From Aeromicrobium sp. (GTDB taxonomy: Bacteria > Actinomycetota > Actinomycetes > Propionibacteriales > Nocardioidaceae): 58,351 bases of DNA. The stretch lies in assembly GCF_036676885.1 (NCBI RefSeq), contig NZ_JAKFCB010000376.1:1-58351 (forward strand). The letters are read 5' to 3'. This document shows positions 20,134 through 28,800 of this stretch, one piece after another. The translations under genes and the position numbers were made by a program. Numbering within the stretch: position 1 is the first letter of the stretch; every line of letters starts with the position of its first letter. Under the pieces are notes generated by a model that worked only from the letters and a program-made list of their open reading frames with translations, ran no database searches and was not told where the DNA came from.

Positions 20134-20736
20134 ATGACTGGCGATCGAGTGCCGGCGCGCCCGCCTGCGGCTGGTCTGCCCCGACGAGAACTGCTGCTGA
20201 CGGCCGCTGCCGAGCTGTTCCTCCGCAATCCGTACGACCTGGTCACCGTCGAGATGATCTGCGCGAAGGCCGGCATCTCCGGTCCGGGGCTCTACCGCCA
20301 CTTTCGAAACAAGCAGGCTCTCCTCATCGCGGTGGTTGAGGCTCCGTTGGAATACCTTCAAGAATTCGCACGGGCCGTGACGGAGGCCGAATCCGATCCG
20401 CGAGCCGCGATGCGCACCATGGTCGAGTTCCACGTCGGGTCTGTCGTGTCCGCGCCCCCCACGACGCTCATATTCCTCAAGAACGAGCTCGCGTTCCCCG
20501 AAGCGGATCGGCGTCGCATCCGACGGGCGATGAACCTCTACGCGGAGGAGTGGATCTCTGTTGTGTCACCCCTGCGTCCGGACCTTTCCGAGCCCGAGGT
20601 GCGTGTACTCACGCAGGCGGTGTTCTCGATGCTGAATTCCGTGGCAACCCTCAACAGAGGTCTAGACGGGCAGACTCTGGTGAAAACGATGTCGACTGCT
20701 GCACTGCATGCGCTGCTCTCGCCACCGGCGGACTGA
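20134..20736 (+). CDS. TetR-family regulator (AccR/BkaR-like), copy 2
   Basis: Ungapped alignment to copy 1, about 140/181 identical by hand count; same AGISGPGLYRHF helix. Confidence 0.93.
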   Translation: MTGDRVPARPPAAGLPRRELLLTAAAELFLRNPYDLVTVEMICAKAGISGPGLYRHFRNKQALLIAVVEAPLEYLQEFARAVTEAESDPRAAMRTMVEFHVGSVVSAPPTTLIFLKNELAFPEADRRRIRRAMNLYAEEWISVVSPLRPDLSEPEVRVLTQAVFSMLNSVATLNRGLDGQTLVKTMSTAALHALLSPPAD

Positions 20737-20890
20737 CGAAGGCAGTCAGATAGGTCAGATAGTGGGAACGCTGGCCCGGCCGTGATCTGCGATGCCCGGA
20801 GGCCTGTGAGCTGGTGTCGCGGACTTCATCGACATCGTCAGCTGGCGGGGAGGGTCAGGCGCGCTCGATTCACCAAATCCGAAGTTTCCT

Positions 20891-20938
20891 GAGCCTCCGA
20901 CAGGATTCGAACCCGCGACATCCTCATGACAATTGAGG
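20891..20938 (-). pseudogene. Degenerate 3' half of a tRNA-Thr(TGT), probable relic att site
   Basis: Minus strand CCTCA-ATTGTCA-TGAGG anticodon arm, ATGTC, GCGGG-TTCGAAT-CCTGT T-arm, CGGAGGC-T; no matching 5' half upstream. Confidence 0.65.
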
Positions 20939-20974
20939 CGAAGCGGGCAGCGATCACCGCGGGTGGGCATGACA

Positions 20975-21012
20975 AAGGCCCCTGACCGGCATTTCTGCTG
21001 GTCAGGGGCCTT
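20975..21012 (-). terminator. Hairpin terminator downstream of tRNA-fMet
   Basis: AAGGCCCCTGACCGGCA-TTTC-TGCTGGTCAGGGGCCTT, 17-bp stem with one mismatch. Confidence 0.75.
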
Positions 21013-21062
21013 CGAGTGGTAGCGGGGACAGGATTTGAACCTGTGACCTCTGGGTTATGAGC
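21006..21062 (-). repeat. att-like direct repeat (tRNA-proximal copy)
   Basis: Identical to 481-537. Confidence 0.95.
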
Positions 21063-21093
21063 CCAGCGAGCTACCGAGCTGCTCCACCCCGCG
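21017..21093 (-). tRNA. tRNA-Met (initiator, anticodon CAT)
   Basis: 77-nt cloverleaf CGCGGGG...CTGGG-CTCATAA-CCCAG...GTTCAAATC...CCCCGCTACCA; unpaired 1:72 and three G-C pairs in the anticodon stem. Confidence 0.98.
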
Positions 21094-21152
21094 TCGCTCG
21101 TTCTACTTTACGGGTCGGGGACCCAAGGATCAAATCCGGGGTCCCCGCTCCC

Positions 21153-24071
21153 CTACTTCTTGGCGTTTTCGTCCTCGACGGCCTTCTTGGCGTCCTCGAT
21201 CTTCTGGCCCATCTGGTTGATCTTGGTCTGGTACGTCGCCAGGTCGCCGTCCTTGAGCGCTTCCTGGGCGTCCTCGTAGAGCGCCGACGCCTCGTCGAGC
21301 AGCGCGGAGGCAGTCTTCTCCCCCGGACTCTCGCCCTCCGGCGTCGTCGGGGTGTCACCGGTGTCGTCGGGCGTCGAGCCCTCCTCGAGACCCAGCGCCA
21401 CGCGCAACGCCTCGTCGAGGGTCTGGCCGAAGCCGACATCCTTGCCGAACGACGCGATGACGAACTGCAGGACCGGATAGGACCCCTCGACCGCACTGCG
21501 CTGAATGTAGACCGGCTGGACGTACAGCAGCCCGTCGCCGACCGGCAACGTCAACAGGTTGCCGCGCAGGATGTTGGCCTGCTTCGACTGCTCGAACTGG
21601 AGCAGCGCCTGGGTGACGCCCTTGTCGGTCTGGAAGTCGTTCGCGATCTGGCTGGGGCCGGCGATCTGGGTCTCACTCGGCAGCTGCAGGATCTGCATCT
21701 TGCCGTAGTTCTCCTTGTCGGTCGCCTCGGAGTTGACCGAGACGAACGCCGCGAGGTTCTGCCGGCTGTTGGGCAGGTAGACGCTGGTGACCGAGAACTT
21801 CGGAGCGTCCTCACCAGGACGCGCCGTCGACAGGTAGTAGGGCGGCTGCAACGCGTTGGAGCCGGTCGGGGCGGTCGGGTCCTCCGGGACCTTCCAGCGC
21901 TCACCGTCCTCGTAGAACGTCTGCGCGTCGGTCACGTGATAGCGCTGCAGCACGTCGCGCTGCACCTTGAACAGGTCGACCGGGTAGCGCAGGTGCTCGA
22001 GCAACCCGTTGCTGATCTTGTCCTTGGGCTCCACCACGTCGGGGAAGACCTTCATCCACGTCTTGAGGACCGGGTCCTTGGTGTCCCACTGGTAGAGCTT
22101 GACCGAGCCGTCGTACGCATCGACGACGGCCTTGACCGAGTTGCGCATGTAGTTGACCTGGTCGGTCGGCAGCGCGGCTTGCGCGTTGCCGTTGGTCAGC
22201 GTGTCGGCCGTGGCCTCGCGCAGCGAACGATGCTCGGAGTAGGGGTAGGAGTTGCTGGTCGTGTAGCCGTCGACGATCCAGACGACGCGACCGTTGACGA
22301 CCGCGGGATACGAGTCGCCGTCGACCGTGAGCCACGGGGCGACCTTCTTGACCCGGTCACGCGGCTCGCGGTCATAGAGGATCTTGGACTCGGCGTTGAC
22401 CCGGCTCGACAGGAAGATGTTGGGCTCGGCGAACTTGAACGCGTACAGCAGCTTGTTGAACGTGCCACCGATCGGCACACCGCCCTTGCCGTCGTACGTG
22501 TTCTGGGTCGCGTTGGCCTTGCCCTCGTCGTCGGTCGAGGCGCCACCGCGCGGGATGTCGACCTCGATCGGGGCCTGACCCTTGGGGCGTCCGACGATCG
22601 AGTAGGACGGCGACTGCTCGCCGAAGTAGATCCGCGGGGGCGTCGTGGTCTTGATCTCACCGACCGACGGGATGTCCTTGGCGACGAACACCGGTTCGCC
22701 GGTGTCGCCACGCTGGTTGCCGCGCGCCGCCACGACGCCGTAACCGTGCGTGTAGATCGTGTGGTCGTTGGCCCAGTTGCGCTGGCTGCTCTGCAGGCCG
22801 TTGAGGTTGAGCTCGCGCGCCGCGATGATGACGTCCTGCGGCTGCTCCTCGTCACCGAGCCGGTAGCGGTCGACGTCGAGCGTCTTGGGGACGGTGTAGT
22901 AGCCGCGCACCTGCTGGAGCTGCTCGAACGCATCGGAGATCAGGGTCGGGTCGAGCAGACGCGTGCTGACCCGCGACTCGGCAGAGCTCGCCAGCTCGGC
23001 CGGGGTCAGAGCTGTCTTGGCCGAGTAGGACTGGACCTCGACGTCGTCGATCCCGTACGCCTCTCGTGTCGCTTCTATGTTGCGCGCTATGTAGGGCGCT
23101 TCCTTGTCGGGCTCGGACGGCTTGACCTGGAACCCCTGCATGACGGCAGGCCAGATCGCACCGATCAGGATCGAGGTCAGCGCCAGCAGGCCCAGGCCGA
23201 TCGCCGGCAGCGCCCACGAGCGGATGAAGATCGCGGCGAAGAACAGCAGGGCGCAGATGATCGCGACGCCGATGAGGATGTTCTTGCTGGGGATGCGGGC
23301 ATGATCGTCGGTGTAGGTGACGCCGTCGATCAGCCCGCCCGACGCGATCACCTGCGCGAACCGGTCGAGGTAGTAGGAGACCGCGCGCAGCAGCACGCCG
23401 ATGCCGACGAGCACGGACAGGTGCACCTGCGCCGCCCGTGTCAGCTTGGGGCCGCGACCGGCGATGCGGATGCCGCCGTAGACATAGTTGAGGAACAGCA
23501 CCGCCAGCACGGTGATGACGATCAGGGCGAACGAGTACGACGTCAGGAAGCGCCACCACGGGTACTCGAAGACGTAGAAGCTGGCGTCCTTGCCGAACTG
23601 GGCGTCCTTGGTGCCGAACGAAGTGCTGTGACGCCACTTCTGGTACGTGTCCCAGTGGGCCGCGGCGACCGAGCCGGCGAAGCCGGTGAGCACCAGGCCG
23701 AAGCCGATGGCCAGGGGACGCAGCAGCGGCGTGAGAGCCAGGCGGTAGCGGTAGGCAGGGTCGTCGCGCCGCATCGGTGCGGCATCCGGCCGCGTGCGGT
23801 AGGCGACGTAGAGGTTGGCGATGACGAACAGGCCGAAGATCAGGCCCAGGATGACGAAGAGTGCGACACGGGTGAGCAGGATGCTGCGGAACACCTCGCC
23901 GTAGCCGACCGACTTGAACCAGAGGCGGTCGGTCCACACGCTCGTGAAGATCGAACCGAGGAACAGCAGCAGTGCCAGCGTGATGAGGGTGGGAACCAGC
24001 ACGCGCTGGCGACGTTCAGACCCGCGCCGAGGTTCCGGGCGGGGACGGGGGGTTCCGAAGATGTCGCTCAC
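21153..24071 (-). CDS. UPF0182 family membrane protein (Rv3193c-like)
   Basis: WTDRLWF.SVGY, D.QFG.D.SFY, YTHGYG, PRIYFGE, NY.RNSVKAVVDAYDG, HLRYP.DLF; typical position beside tRNA-fMet. Confidence 0.93.
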   Translation of the reverse strand: MSDIFGTPRPRPEPRRGSERRQRVLVPTLITLALLLFLGSIFTSVWTDRLWFKSVGYGEVFRSILLTRVALFVILGLIFGLFVIANLYVAYRTRPDAAPMRRDDPAYRYRLALTPLLRPLAIGFGLVLTGFAGSVAAAHWDTYQKWRHSTSFGTKDAQFGKDASFYVFEYPWWRFLTSYSFALIVITVLAVLFLNYVYGGIRIAGRGPKLTRAAQVHLSVLVGIGVLLRAVSYYLDRFAQVIASGGLIDGVTYTDDHARIPSKNILIGVAIICALLFFAAIFIRSWALPAIGLGLLALTSILIGAIWPAVMQGFQVKPSEPDKEAPYIARNIEATREAYGIDDVEVQSYSAKTALTPAELASSAESRVSTRLLDPTLISDAFEQLQQVRGYYTVPKTLDVDRYRLGDEEQPQDVIIAARELNLNGLQSSQRNWANDHTIYTHGYGVVAARGNQRGDTGEPVFVAKDIPSVGEIKTTTPPRIYFGEQSPSYSIVGRPKGQAPIEVDIPRGGASTDDEGKANATQNTYDGKGGVPIGGTFNKLLYAFKFAEPNIFLSSRVNAESKILYDREPRDRVKKVAPWLTVDGDSYPAVVNGRVVWIVDGYTTSNSYPYSEHRSLREATADTLTNGNAQAALPTDQVNYMRNSVKAVVDAYDGSVKLYQWDTKDPVLKTWMKVFPDVVEPKDKISNGLLEHLRYPVDLFKVQRDVLQRYHVTDAQTFYEDGERWKVPEDPTAPTGSNALQPPYYLSTARPGEDAPKFSVTSVYLPNSRQNLAAFVSVNSEATDKENYGKMQILQLPSETQIAGPSQIANDFQTDKGVTQALLQFEQSKQANILRGNLLTLPVGDGLLYVQPVYIQRSAVEGSYPVLQFVIASFGKDVGFGQTLDEALRVALGLEEGSTPDDTGDTPTTPEGESPGEKTASALLDEASALYEDAQEALKDGDLATYQTKINQMGQKIEDAKKAVEDENAKK

Positions 24072-24100
24072 GTAGCTCCTGGTGACGGGGTGACTTGACT

Positions 24101-24601
24101 CTATGCCAGAGTGCGGCGGAGATGTTCGATCAGGCCCGGCACGAGATCGGGCCCCTCCAGCAGCTCGGCATCATGGGGTTCTCTGGCGCGTACGGCGCTG
24201 TGCGACCCGCCATCGCGGACGACCGCGGCGACGAGCCGCACCTCGCGGCGATCGGGGTGGGCCGCGACGACGGCCAGCAGCTCGTCCGGGTCGTCCGGCA
24301 GCGAGGCCTCGGCCTCGGGCGGCAGCATGATGCGCTCGACGACCGCGGCGCAGCCGGCGACGGCATCGGGCCACACGATCTCGGTCAGCAGGTCCTCGAG
24401 CTCGCGGTCACCGGGCAGCTCCTGCTCGACCGGCGTCATGCTGTCGGGGTCGTCGGAGAGCTGGTCGGCGAGACCCGGCTCGCGGGCGATCAGGTCGGCG
24501 GTGGGCACGAGGGCGAACAGCCGCGGCGGCTGGTCCCATCCCTGCGCGCCGACGTGTGACTCGACCTCGAGGGCGGCCTGGCGCAGGGGCGAGTCCGGCA
24601 T
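24101..24601 (-). CDS. Conserved actinobacterial protein (PPA1309 family)
   Basis: GWDQPPRLFALVPT, I.WPDAV.GCA, HPDRREVRL, LVPGL; ATG overlaps upstream stop. Confidence 0.8.
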   Translation of the reverse strand: MPDSPLRQAALEVESHVGAQGWDQPPRLFALVPTADLIAREPGLADQLSDDPDSMTPVEQELPGDRELEDLLTEIVWPDAVAGCAAVVERIMLPPEAEASLPDDPDELLAVVAAHPDRREVRLVAAVVRDGGSHSAVRAREPHDAELLEGPDLVPGLIEHLRRTLA

Positions 24602-25671
24602 CAGCTGCATGACGGCACCGTGGCCTTGGGGTCCTCGGCGAGCGCCTCGAGCGAGGAGATCGCGTCCTTGAGCTTCGACACCTTCACGAGCTTGAGTCCC
24701 TCGTCGCCACCGTCGGTGGCCTCGGCGCAGTTGGCCGCGGGGACCAGGAAGATCGTCACGCCCTTCTCGGCCGCGCCCGCCATCTTCTGCCGGATGCCGC
24801 CGATCGGGCCGACCGTGCCGTCGGTGGCGATCTCGCCGGTGCCGGCGATCTTCCTGCCGCCGGTCAACGAACCCGGGGTCAGCTTGTCGTAGATCGCGAG
24901 GGCGAACATCGCGCCGGCACTCGGCCCGCCGATCGTGCGGCCCACATTGTTGTCGATCTTGATCGGGTACTTGTAGGTCTCCCCGATCGTGATGCCGATG
25001 CGCGGGACCGACTTGTCCTTGGGATCGGCACGGGTCACGACCGGCACGTCCAGCGACTTGCCCTTGCGCTCGACCGTCAGGCGTACGGTGTCGCCGGGCT
25101 CGTGCGTGCCGACGGCCTTGACGACCTGGTCAGGCGTGGTGACCTTGGTGCCGTCGACCGCCGTGAAGACGTCACCGACCTTCAGCAGCTTCTCTGCCGC
25201 ACCGTCCTTGACCAGTCCGGCGACGGACGGCCGTCCGGTGACGGTGTAGCCGGCGGCGCGCAGGGCGGCCACCCGCGAGGAGTCCTTGGAGCTCGCCAGC
25301 TGGGCGGCCGACTCCGCCGTCGACTGCTCGGCGGTCTCGTTGTCGGGATAGACCACGTCCCTGGGGACCACGGCCCTGTCGGGGTCGAGGTACGCCCCGA
25401 TCGCGGCGCCGAGCGACAAGGGCCGGTCTGCCCGCCTCACCGAGACGGTGGTGAAGTAGAGCTCACCGGTCGTCGGGTACGTCTTGACGTCCTTGCCGAA
25501 CGTGAACATCGGCTTGTCATCGAACGTGCCGAGCGTGTTGAACGGAGCGCCCGGGCTCATCGTGACGTAGGGAACCGGCACGAGGAAAGACACCGTGGTG
25601 AGCACGATCAAGGAGATCGCCGCCACGACCATCGTCGTGTAGCGAGCACTCAGCTTCGACGGGTCGGACAC
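24601..25671 (-). CDS. PDZ-domain/Lon-like S16 protease (YlbL-like)
   Basis: N-terminal TM, VPYV..SPG, GGPSAG.MF.L, AGTGEI, GPIGGI.QK. Confidence 0.9.
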   Translation of the reverse strand: MSDPSKLSARYTTMVVAAISLIVLTTVSFLVPVPYVTMSPGAPFNTLGTFDDKPMFTFGKDVKTYPTTGELYFTTVSVRRADRPLSLGAAIGAYLDPDRAVVPRDVVYPDNETAEQSTAESAAQLASSKDSSRVAALRAAGYTVTGRPSVAGLVKDGAAEKLLKVGDVFTAVDGTKVTTPDQVVKAVGTHEPGDTVRLTVERKGKSLDVPVVTRADPKDKSVPRIGITIGETYKYPIKIDNNVGRTIGGPSAGAMFALAIYDKLTPGSLTGGRKIAGTGEIATDGTVGPIGGIRQKMAGAAEKGVTIFLVPAANCAEATDGGDEGLKLVKVSKLKDAISSLEALAEDPKATVPSCS

Positions 25672-25680
25672 ACGGTGAGC

Positions 25681-26142
25681 CTAGTCACTGCCGGCAACCT
25701 GCGTGGCCTCGGCCGGGGAGTCCGGCGACCCGACCCACGCGGCGTCGCCGGAGGTGAAGGTCTGGTGCTTCCACACCGGCACGTCGGTCTTCAGCTCGTC
25801 GATCAGCCGACGGCAGGCTTCGAAGGCCTGCGCCCGGTGTGCCGCCGACGCCGCCACGACGACGGCCAGGTCGCCGACGACGAGGTCACCGACCCGATGA
25901 ACGCCGGCCAGCGCCACGACGTCGCACTCCGCGGCGATGCGCTCGGCGACGTCACGAAGCCGGGCAAGTGCGGTCGGATGCGATGAGTAGCCGAGCGCGG
26001 AGACGCCCTGGCCCTCGTCGTGATCGCGGACCGTCCCGACGAACACGCAGATGCCACCCGCGGCGGGGTCGGTCACCGCGGCGTACACCTCGTCGAGGCT
26101 CAACGGGGCGTCGCGGATGTCGAGCAGGCGTACGGCAGTCAT
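25681..26142 (-). CDS. moaE: Molybdopterin synthase catalytic subunit
   Basis: F.GTVR.HD, HRVG.L.VGD, AHR..AF.ACR.LIDELK..VPVWKHQ. Confidence 0.9.
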   Translation of the reverse strand: MTAVRLLDIRDAPLSLDEVYAAVTDPAAGGICVFVGTVRDHDEGQGVSALGYSSHPTALARLRDVAERIAAECDVVALAGVHRVGDLVVGDLAVVVAASAAHRAQAFEACRRLIDELKTDVPVWKHQTFTSGDAAWVGSPDSPAEATQVAGSD

Positions 26143-26208
26143 CTCGATTCATCGTAGAGCGAACAACATTCCCGTGGGACTCGCGGATCCTGTCGCTACT
26201 GTTGAGGC

Positions 26209-27519
26209 ATGGCCGAGAACGAGAACGAAGAGCCCGAGAATCCCTTCAAGGGCACGCCCATGGAGCAGCTGTTCGGGGCGTTCACCGGCGGCCAGATGGA
26301 CATGAACCAGATCATGGGCCAGATGCAGAAGATGTTCGCCCCGCACGAGGGGAGCGTCAACTTCGATCTCGCCAAGGACGTCGCCCGCCACACCGTCGCC
26401 GCGGCCGGGCCCGACCCTTCGCCCAACTCGGCGCAGCAGGGCGCGGTCGACGACGCCGCCCAGCTCGCGGAGTCATGGCTCGACACCGTCACGTCGATGC
26501 CCATCGGGGCCACGACCGCGACGGCATGGAGCAAGGCCGAGTGGATCGAGGCGACCTCCGGCACGTGGCAGCAGCTCGTCGAGCCGATCGCGGCGCACGT
26601 CGTCAAGGCCATGGCTGAAGCGCTCCCCGACGAGGCCAAGGCGATGGCCGGGCCACTCATGGGCATGCTGACGCAGGCCGGCGGTGCGATGTTCGGCCAG
26701 CAGATCGGCCAGGCCCTCGGCGGGCTCGCCGGCGAGGTCGTGTCGTCGACCGACATCGGCATCCCGCTCGGCCCCGAGCGCATCGCCGCGGTGCTGCCGT
26801 CTGGCGTCGAGGCGTTCGGCGAGGGCCTCGAGCACCCGGCATCAGACGTACTCCTCTACATCGTGCTGCGCGAGTGCGCACACCACCGGCTGTTCCACCA
26901 TGCCCCCTGGCTGCGTCCGGCCCTCGTCGGCGCGGTCGAGGAGTTCGGCCGCGGCACCCGCATCGATGTGACCGCGATCGAGTCGCAGCTGCAGGGTCTC
27001 GACCCCTCGCGGCCCGAGGAGATCCAGGAAGCCCTGTCCGGTGGCCTGTTCGAACCGGAGCGCACACCCGAGCAGCAGCGGGCGCTCGACCGGCTGGAGA
27101 CCCTGCTGGCGTTCATCGAGGGCTGGGTCGACGAGATCGTCACCCAGGCCACCAAGGACCGTATGCCCGCCGCCGCCCCGCTCGCCGAGGCGATGCGCCG
27201 GCGCCGCGCGGCCGGCGGTCCGGCGGAGCAGACGTTCGCGTCGCTGGTCGGCCTCGAGCTGCGACCCCGCAAGCTCCGTGAAGCCACGACGCTGTGGGCG
27301 GCCTTGCGTGACCGGCAGGGACCCGACGCGCGCGACGCGGTGTGGAGCCACCCCGACCTCATGCCGTCGACGGCGGACCTCGACGATCCACTGGGGTTCG
27401 CCCAGGGCGAGCACCGTACGCAGAGCGACGACGACTTCGACGCCGCTCTCGGCGAGCTGCTCGACAACGACCCGGGCGACGCCGAGCCGGACACCGGCGC
27501 CGACGGCCCCCGCGAGTGA
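26209..27519 (+). CDS. Zinc-dependent metalloprotease-like hydrolase (Rv3195-like)
   Basis: LRE.AH.RLF...PWL, LET.LA.IEGWV, RRRRA.GGPAE.TF.SLVGLELRPR, HPDL.P. Confidence 0.85.
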   Translation: MAENENEEPENPFKGTPMEQLFGAFTGGQMDMNQIMGQMQKMFAPHEGSVNFDLAKDVARHTVAAAGPDPSPNSAQQGAVDDAAQLAESWLDTVTSMPIGATTATAWSKAEWIEATSGTWQQLVEPIAAHVVKAMAEALPDEAKAMAGPLMGMLTQAGGAMFGQQIGQALGGLAGEVVSSTDIGIPLGPERIAAVLPSGVEAFGEGLEHPASDVLLYIVLRECAHHRLFHHAPWLRPALVGAVEEFGRGTRIDVTAIESQLQGLDPSRPEEIQEALSGGLFEPERTPEQQRALDRLETLLAFIEGWVDEIVTQATKDRMPAAAPLAEAMRRRRAAGGPAEQTFASLVGLELRPRKLREATTLWAALRDRQGPDARDAVWSHPDLMPSTADLDDPLGFAQGEHRTQSDDDFDAALGELLDNDPGDAEPDTGADGPRE

Positions 27520-28067
27520 CGCTGCGCGACGACGCGCGCGGTGTGCTGAGCGACTGGACTGCGCCCGACGACGAGCAGGACCGGCTGCGCCGGCTGTACG
27601 TCACGCACACCGAGACGTACGCCGACGCGATGAGCCGGGAGTGTCATCCCGATCACCTGACGGCGAGCGCCATCATCTTCTCGGCCGACCACCGGCGCGT
27701 CCTGCTCACGCTGCACCGCATCATCAAGCGGTGGCTGCAGACCGGAGGGCACTGCGAGCCCGACGACGTCACACTCGCCGAGGCCGCGTTGCGGGAAGGT
27801 CGCGAGGAGAGCGGCATACCTGATCTGGCGATCGATCCCGTGCCGGTGCTGCTGTCGCGCCACGAGGTGCCGTGCGGTCCGATCAGGCCGTCGCACCACC
27901 TCGACGTGCAGTACGTCGCTGTCGCACCGGTCGAGGCCCAGCACGTCATCAGCGACGAGTCCGACGACCTGGCGTGGTTCGGCGTCGACGCGCTGCCCAC
28001 TGAGACCGACGACTCGGTCAGGGCGTTGATCGCTGCTGCCAGGACACGCCTTCGAGGAAGCCCTTAG
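27516..28067 (+). CDS. NUDIX hydrolase
   Basis: HLTAS, WLQ.GGHCE.DD.TL..AALRE.REESG Nudix box; GTG overlaps upstream TGA. Confidence 0.88.
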   Translation: MTLRDDARGVLSDWTAPDDEQDRLRRLYVTHTETYADAMSRECHPDHLTASAIIFSADHRRVLLTLHRIIKRWLQTGGHCEPDDVTLAEAALREGREESGIPDLAIDPVPVLLSRHEVPCGPIRPSHHLDVQYVAVAPVEAQHVISDESDDLAWFGVDALPTETDDSVRALIAAARTRLRGSP

Positions 28068-28518
28068 CCTTCGTGGTCTCGGGATGGGCATCGACGAGCG
28101 CCCAGAACCGCTTGCTGTGGTTGGGCTCGATGAGGTGCGCGAGCTCGTGCAGCAGGACGTAGTCGATGACCCACTCGGGCATGCCCTTGAGCCGGTCGGA
28201 CAGCCGGATGCTGCGGTCGGCGTTGGTGCAGGAGCCCCAGCGGCTGTTCTGGTTGCTCACCCATCGCACGGACAGCGGAACCGCACGGCCCTCGAGCCAG
28301 GTGGTCGACAGCTGAGCGGCCCGCGCCTGCAGGTCGTCGTCGCTGGGGCGTACGCGTCGCTCGCGCCGATCGAGCCGCTCGATCAGGCTGCGGACGTGGC
28401 GCTCCTCCTCGGCCCTGGAGAGGTGGGCCGGCATCAGCACGATCGTCTTGTCGCCCTCGCGATAGGCCCGGACCGTGCGCTTGCGGCGCGCGCTTCGCCG
28501 GATCTCGACCTCGGTCAC
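28018..28518 (-). CDS. M48/YgjP-like metallopeptidase (DUF45)
   Basis: VE.RRS.RR.RTV.AY, RWGSCT, DYVLLHELAHL..PNH...FW; start is an estimate. Confidence 0.85.
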   Translation of the reverse strand: MTEVEIRRSARRKRTVRAYREGDKTIVLMPAHLSRAEEERHVRSLIERLDRRERRVRPSDDDLQARAAQLSTTWLEGRAVPLSVRWVSNQNSRWGSCTNADRSIRLSDRLKGMPEWVIDYVLLHELAHLIEPNHSKRFWALVDAHPETTKAKGFLEGVSWQQRSTP

Positions 28519-28588
28519 GCCGGCCCGACCGTTCGCCCGCTGAGCTCGCTCATGATGGGAAACATATCTCCTGATTCCGACCTTTTGG

Positions 28589-28741
28589 CCGTCCACAAGG
28601 CCGGCTGTGCAAAGCGGCTGGTCAGACAGGGAGTTCCGCAGTTCCTCCACGACGGACCCACACGTTGTGCACCGCGCCGTCCACATGGGTCCTCGGCGTT
28701 CCCCACAAGTTGTCCCCACCGTTATCCACAGGCGTGGACAA
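28589..28741. promoter_or_regulatory. Cluster of DnaA-box-like 9-mers
   Basis: Perfect TTATCCACA at 28722; near matches at 28589, 28606(-), 28665, 28677, 28699, 28710 and 28733(-). Confidence 0.65.
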
Positions 28742-28800
28742 CAGTTGTTCGAAACCGGTTGCCGACAGGCCCCGCGAGGCCTAGCGTGAGCGCCATTCGA

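Larger units (their letters stand above)
481..21062. mobile_element. Genomic island integrated at tRNA-fMet, no integrase visible
   Basis: 57-bp flanking direct repeats, accessory catabolic cargo, visibly more A/T-rich codon usage than the backbone right of the tRNA. Confidence 0.85.

Noticed and set aside
21057-24098. 1013-aa plus-strand ORF and similar long ORFs (e.g. 29024-31705 -, 2786-4222 +, 38733-40343 +, 49131-50864 +)
   Set aside because: Antisense shadows of well-supported genes, expected in high-GC DNA; no recognisable motifs
28018-28067. Functional significance of the 50-bp convergent NUDIX/peptidase overlap
   Set aside because: Short 3' overlaps are common in GC-rich genomes and nothing else supports a role
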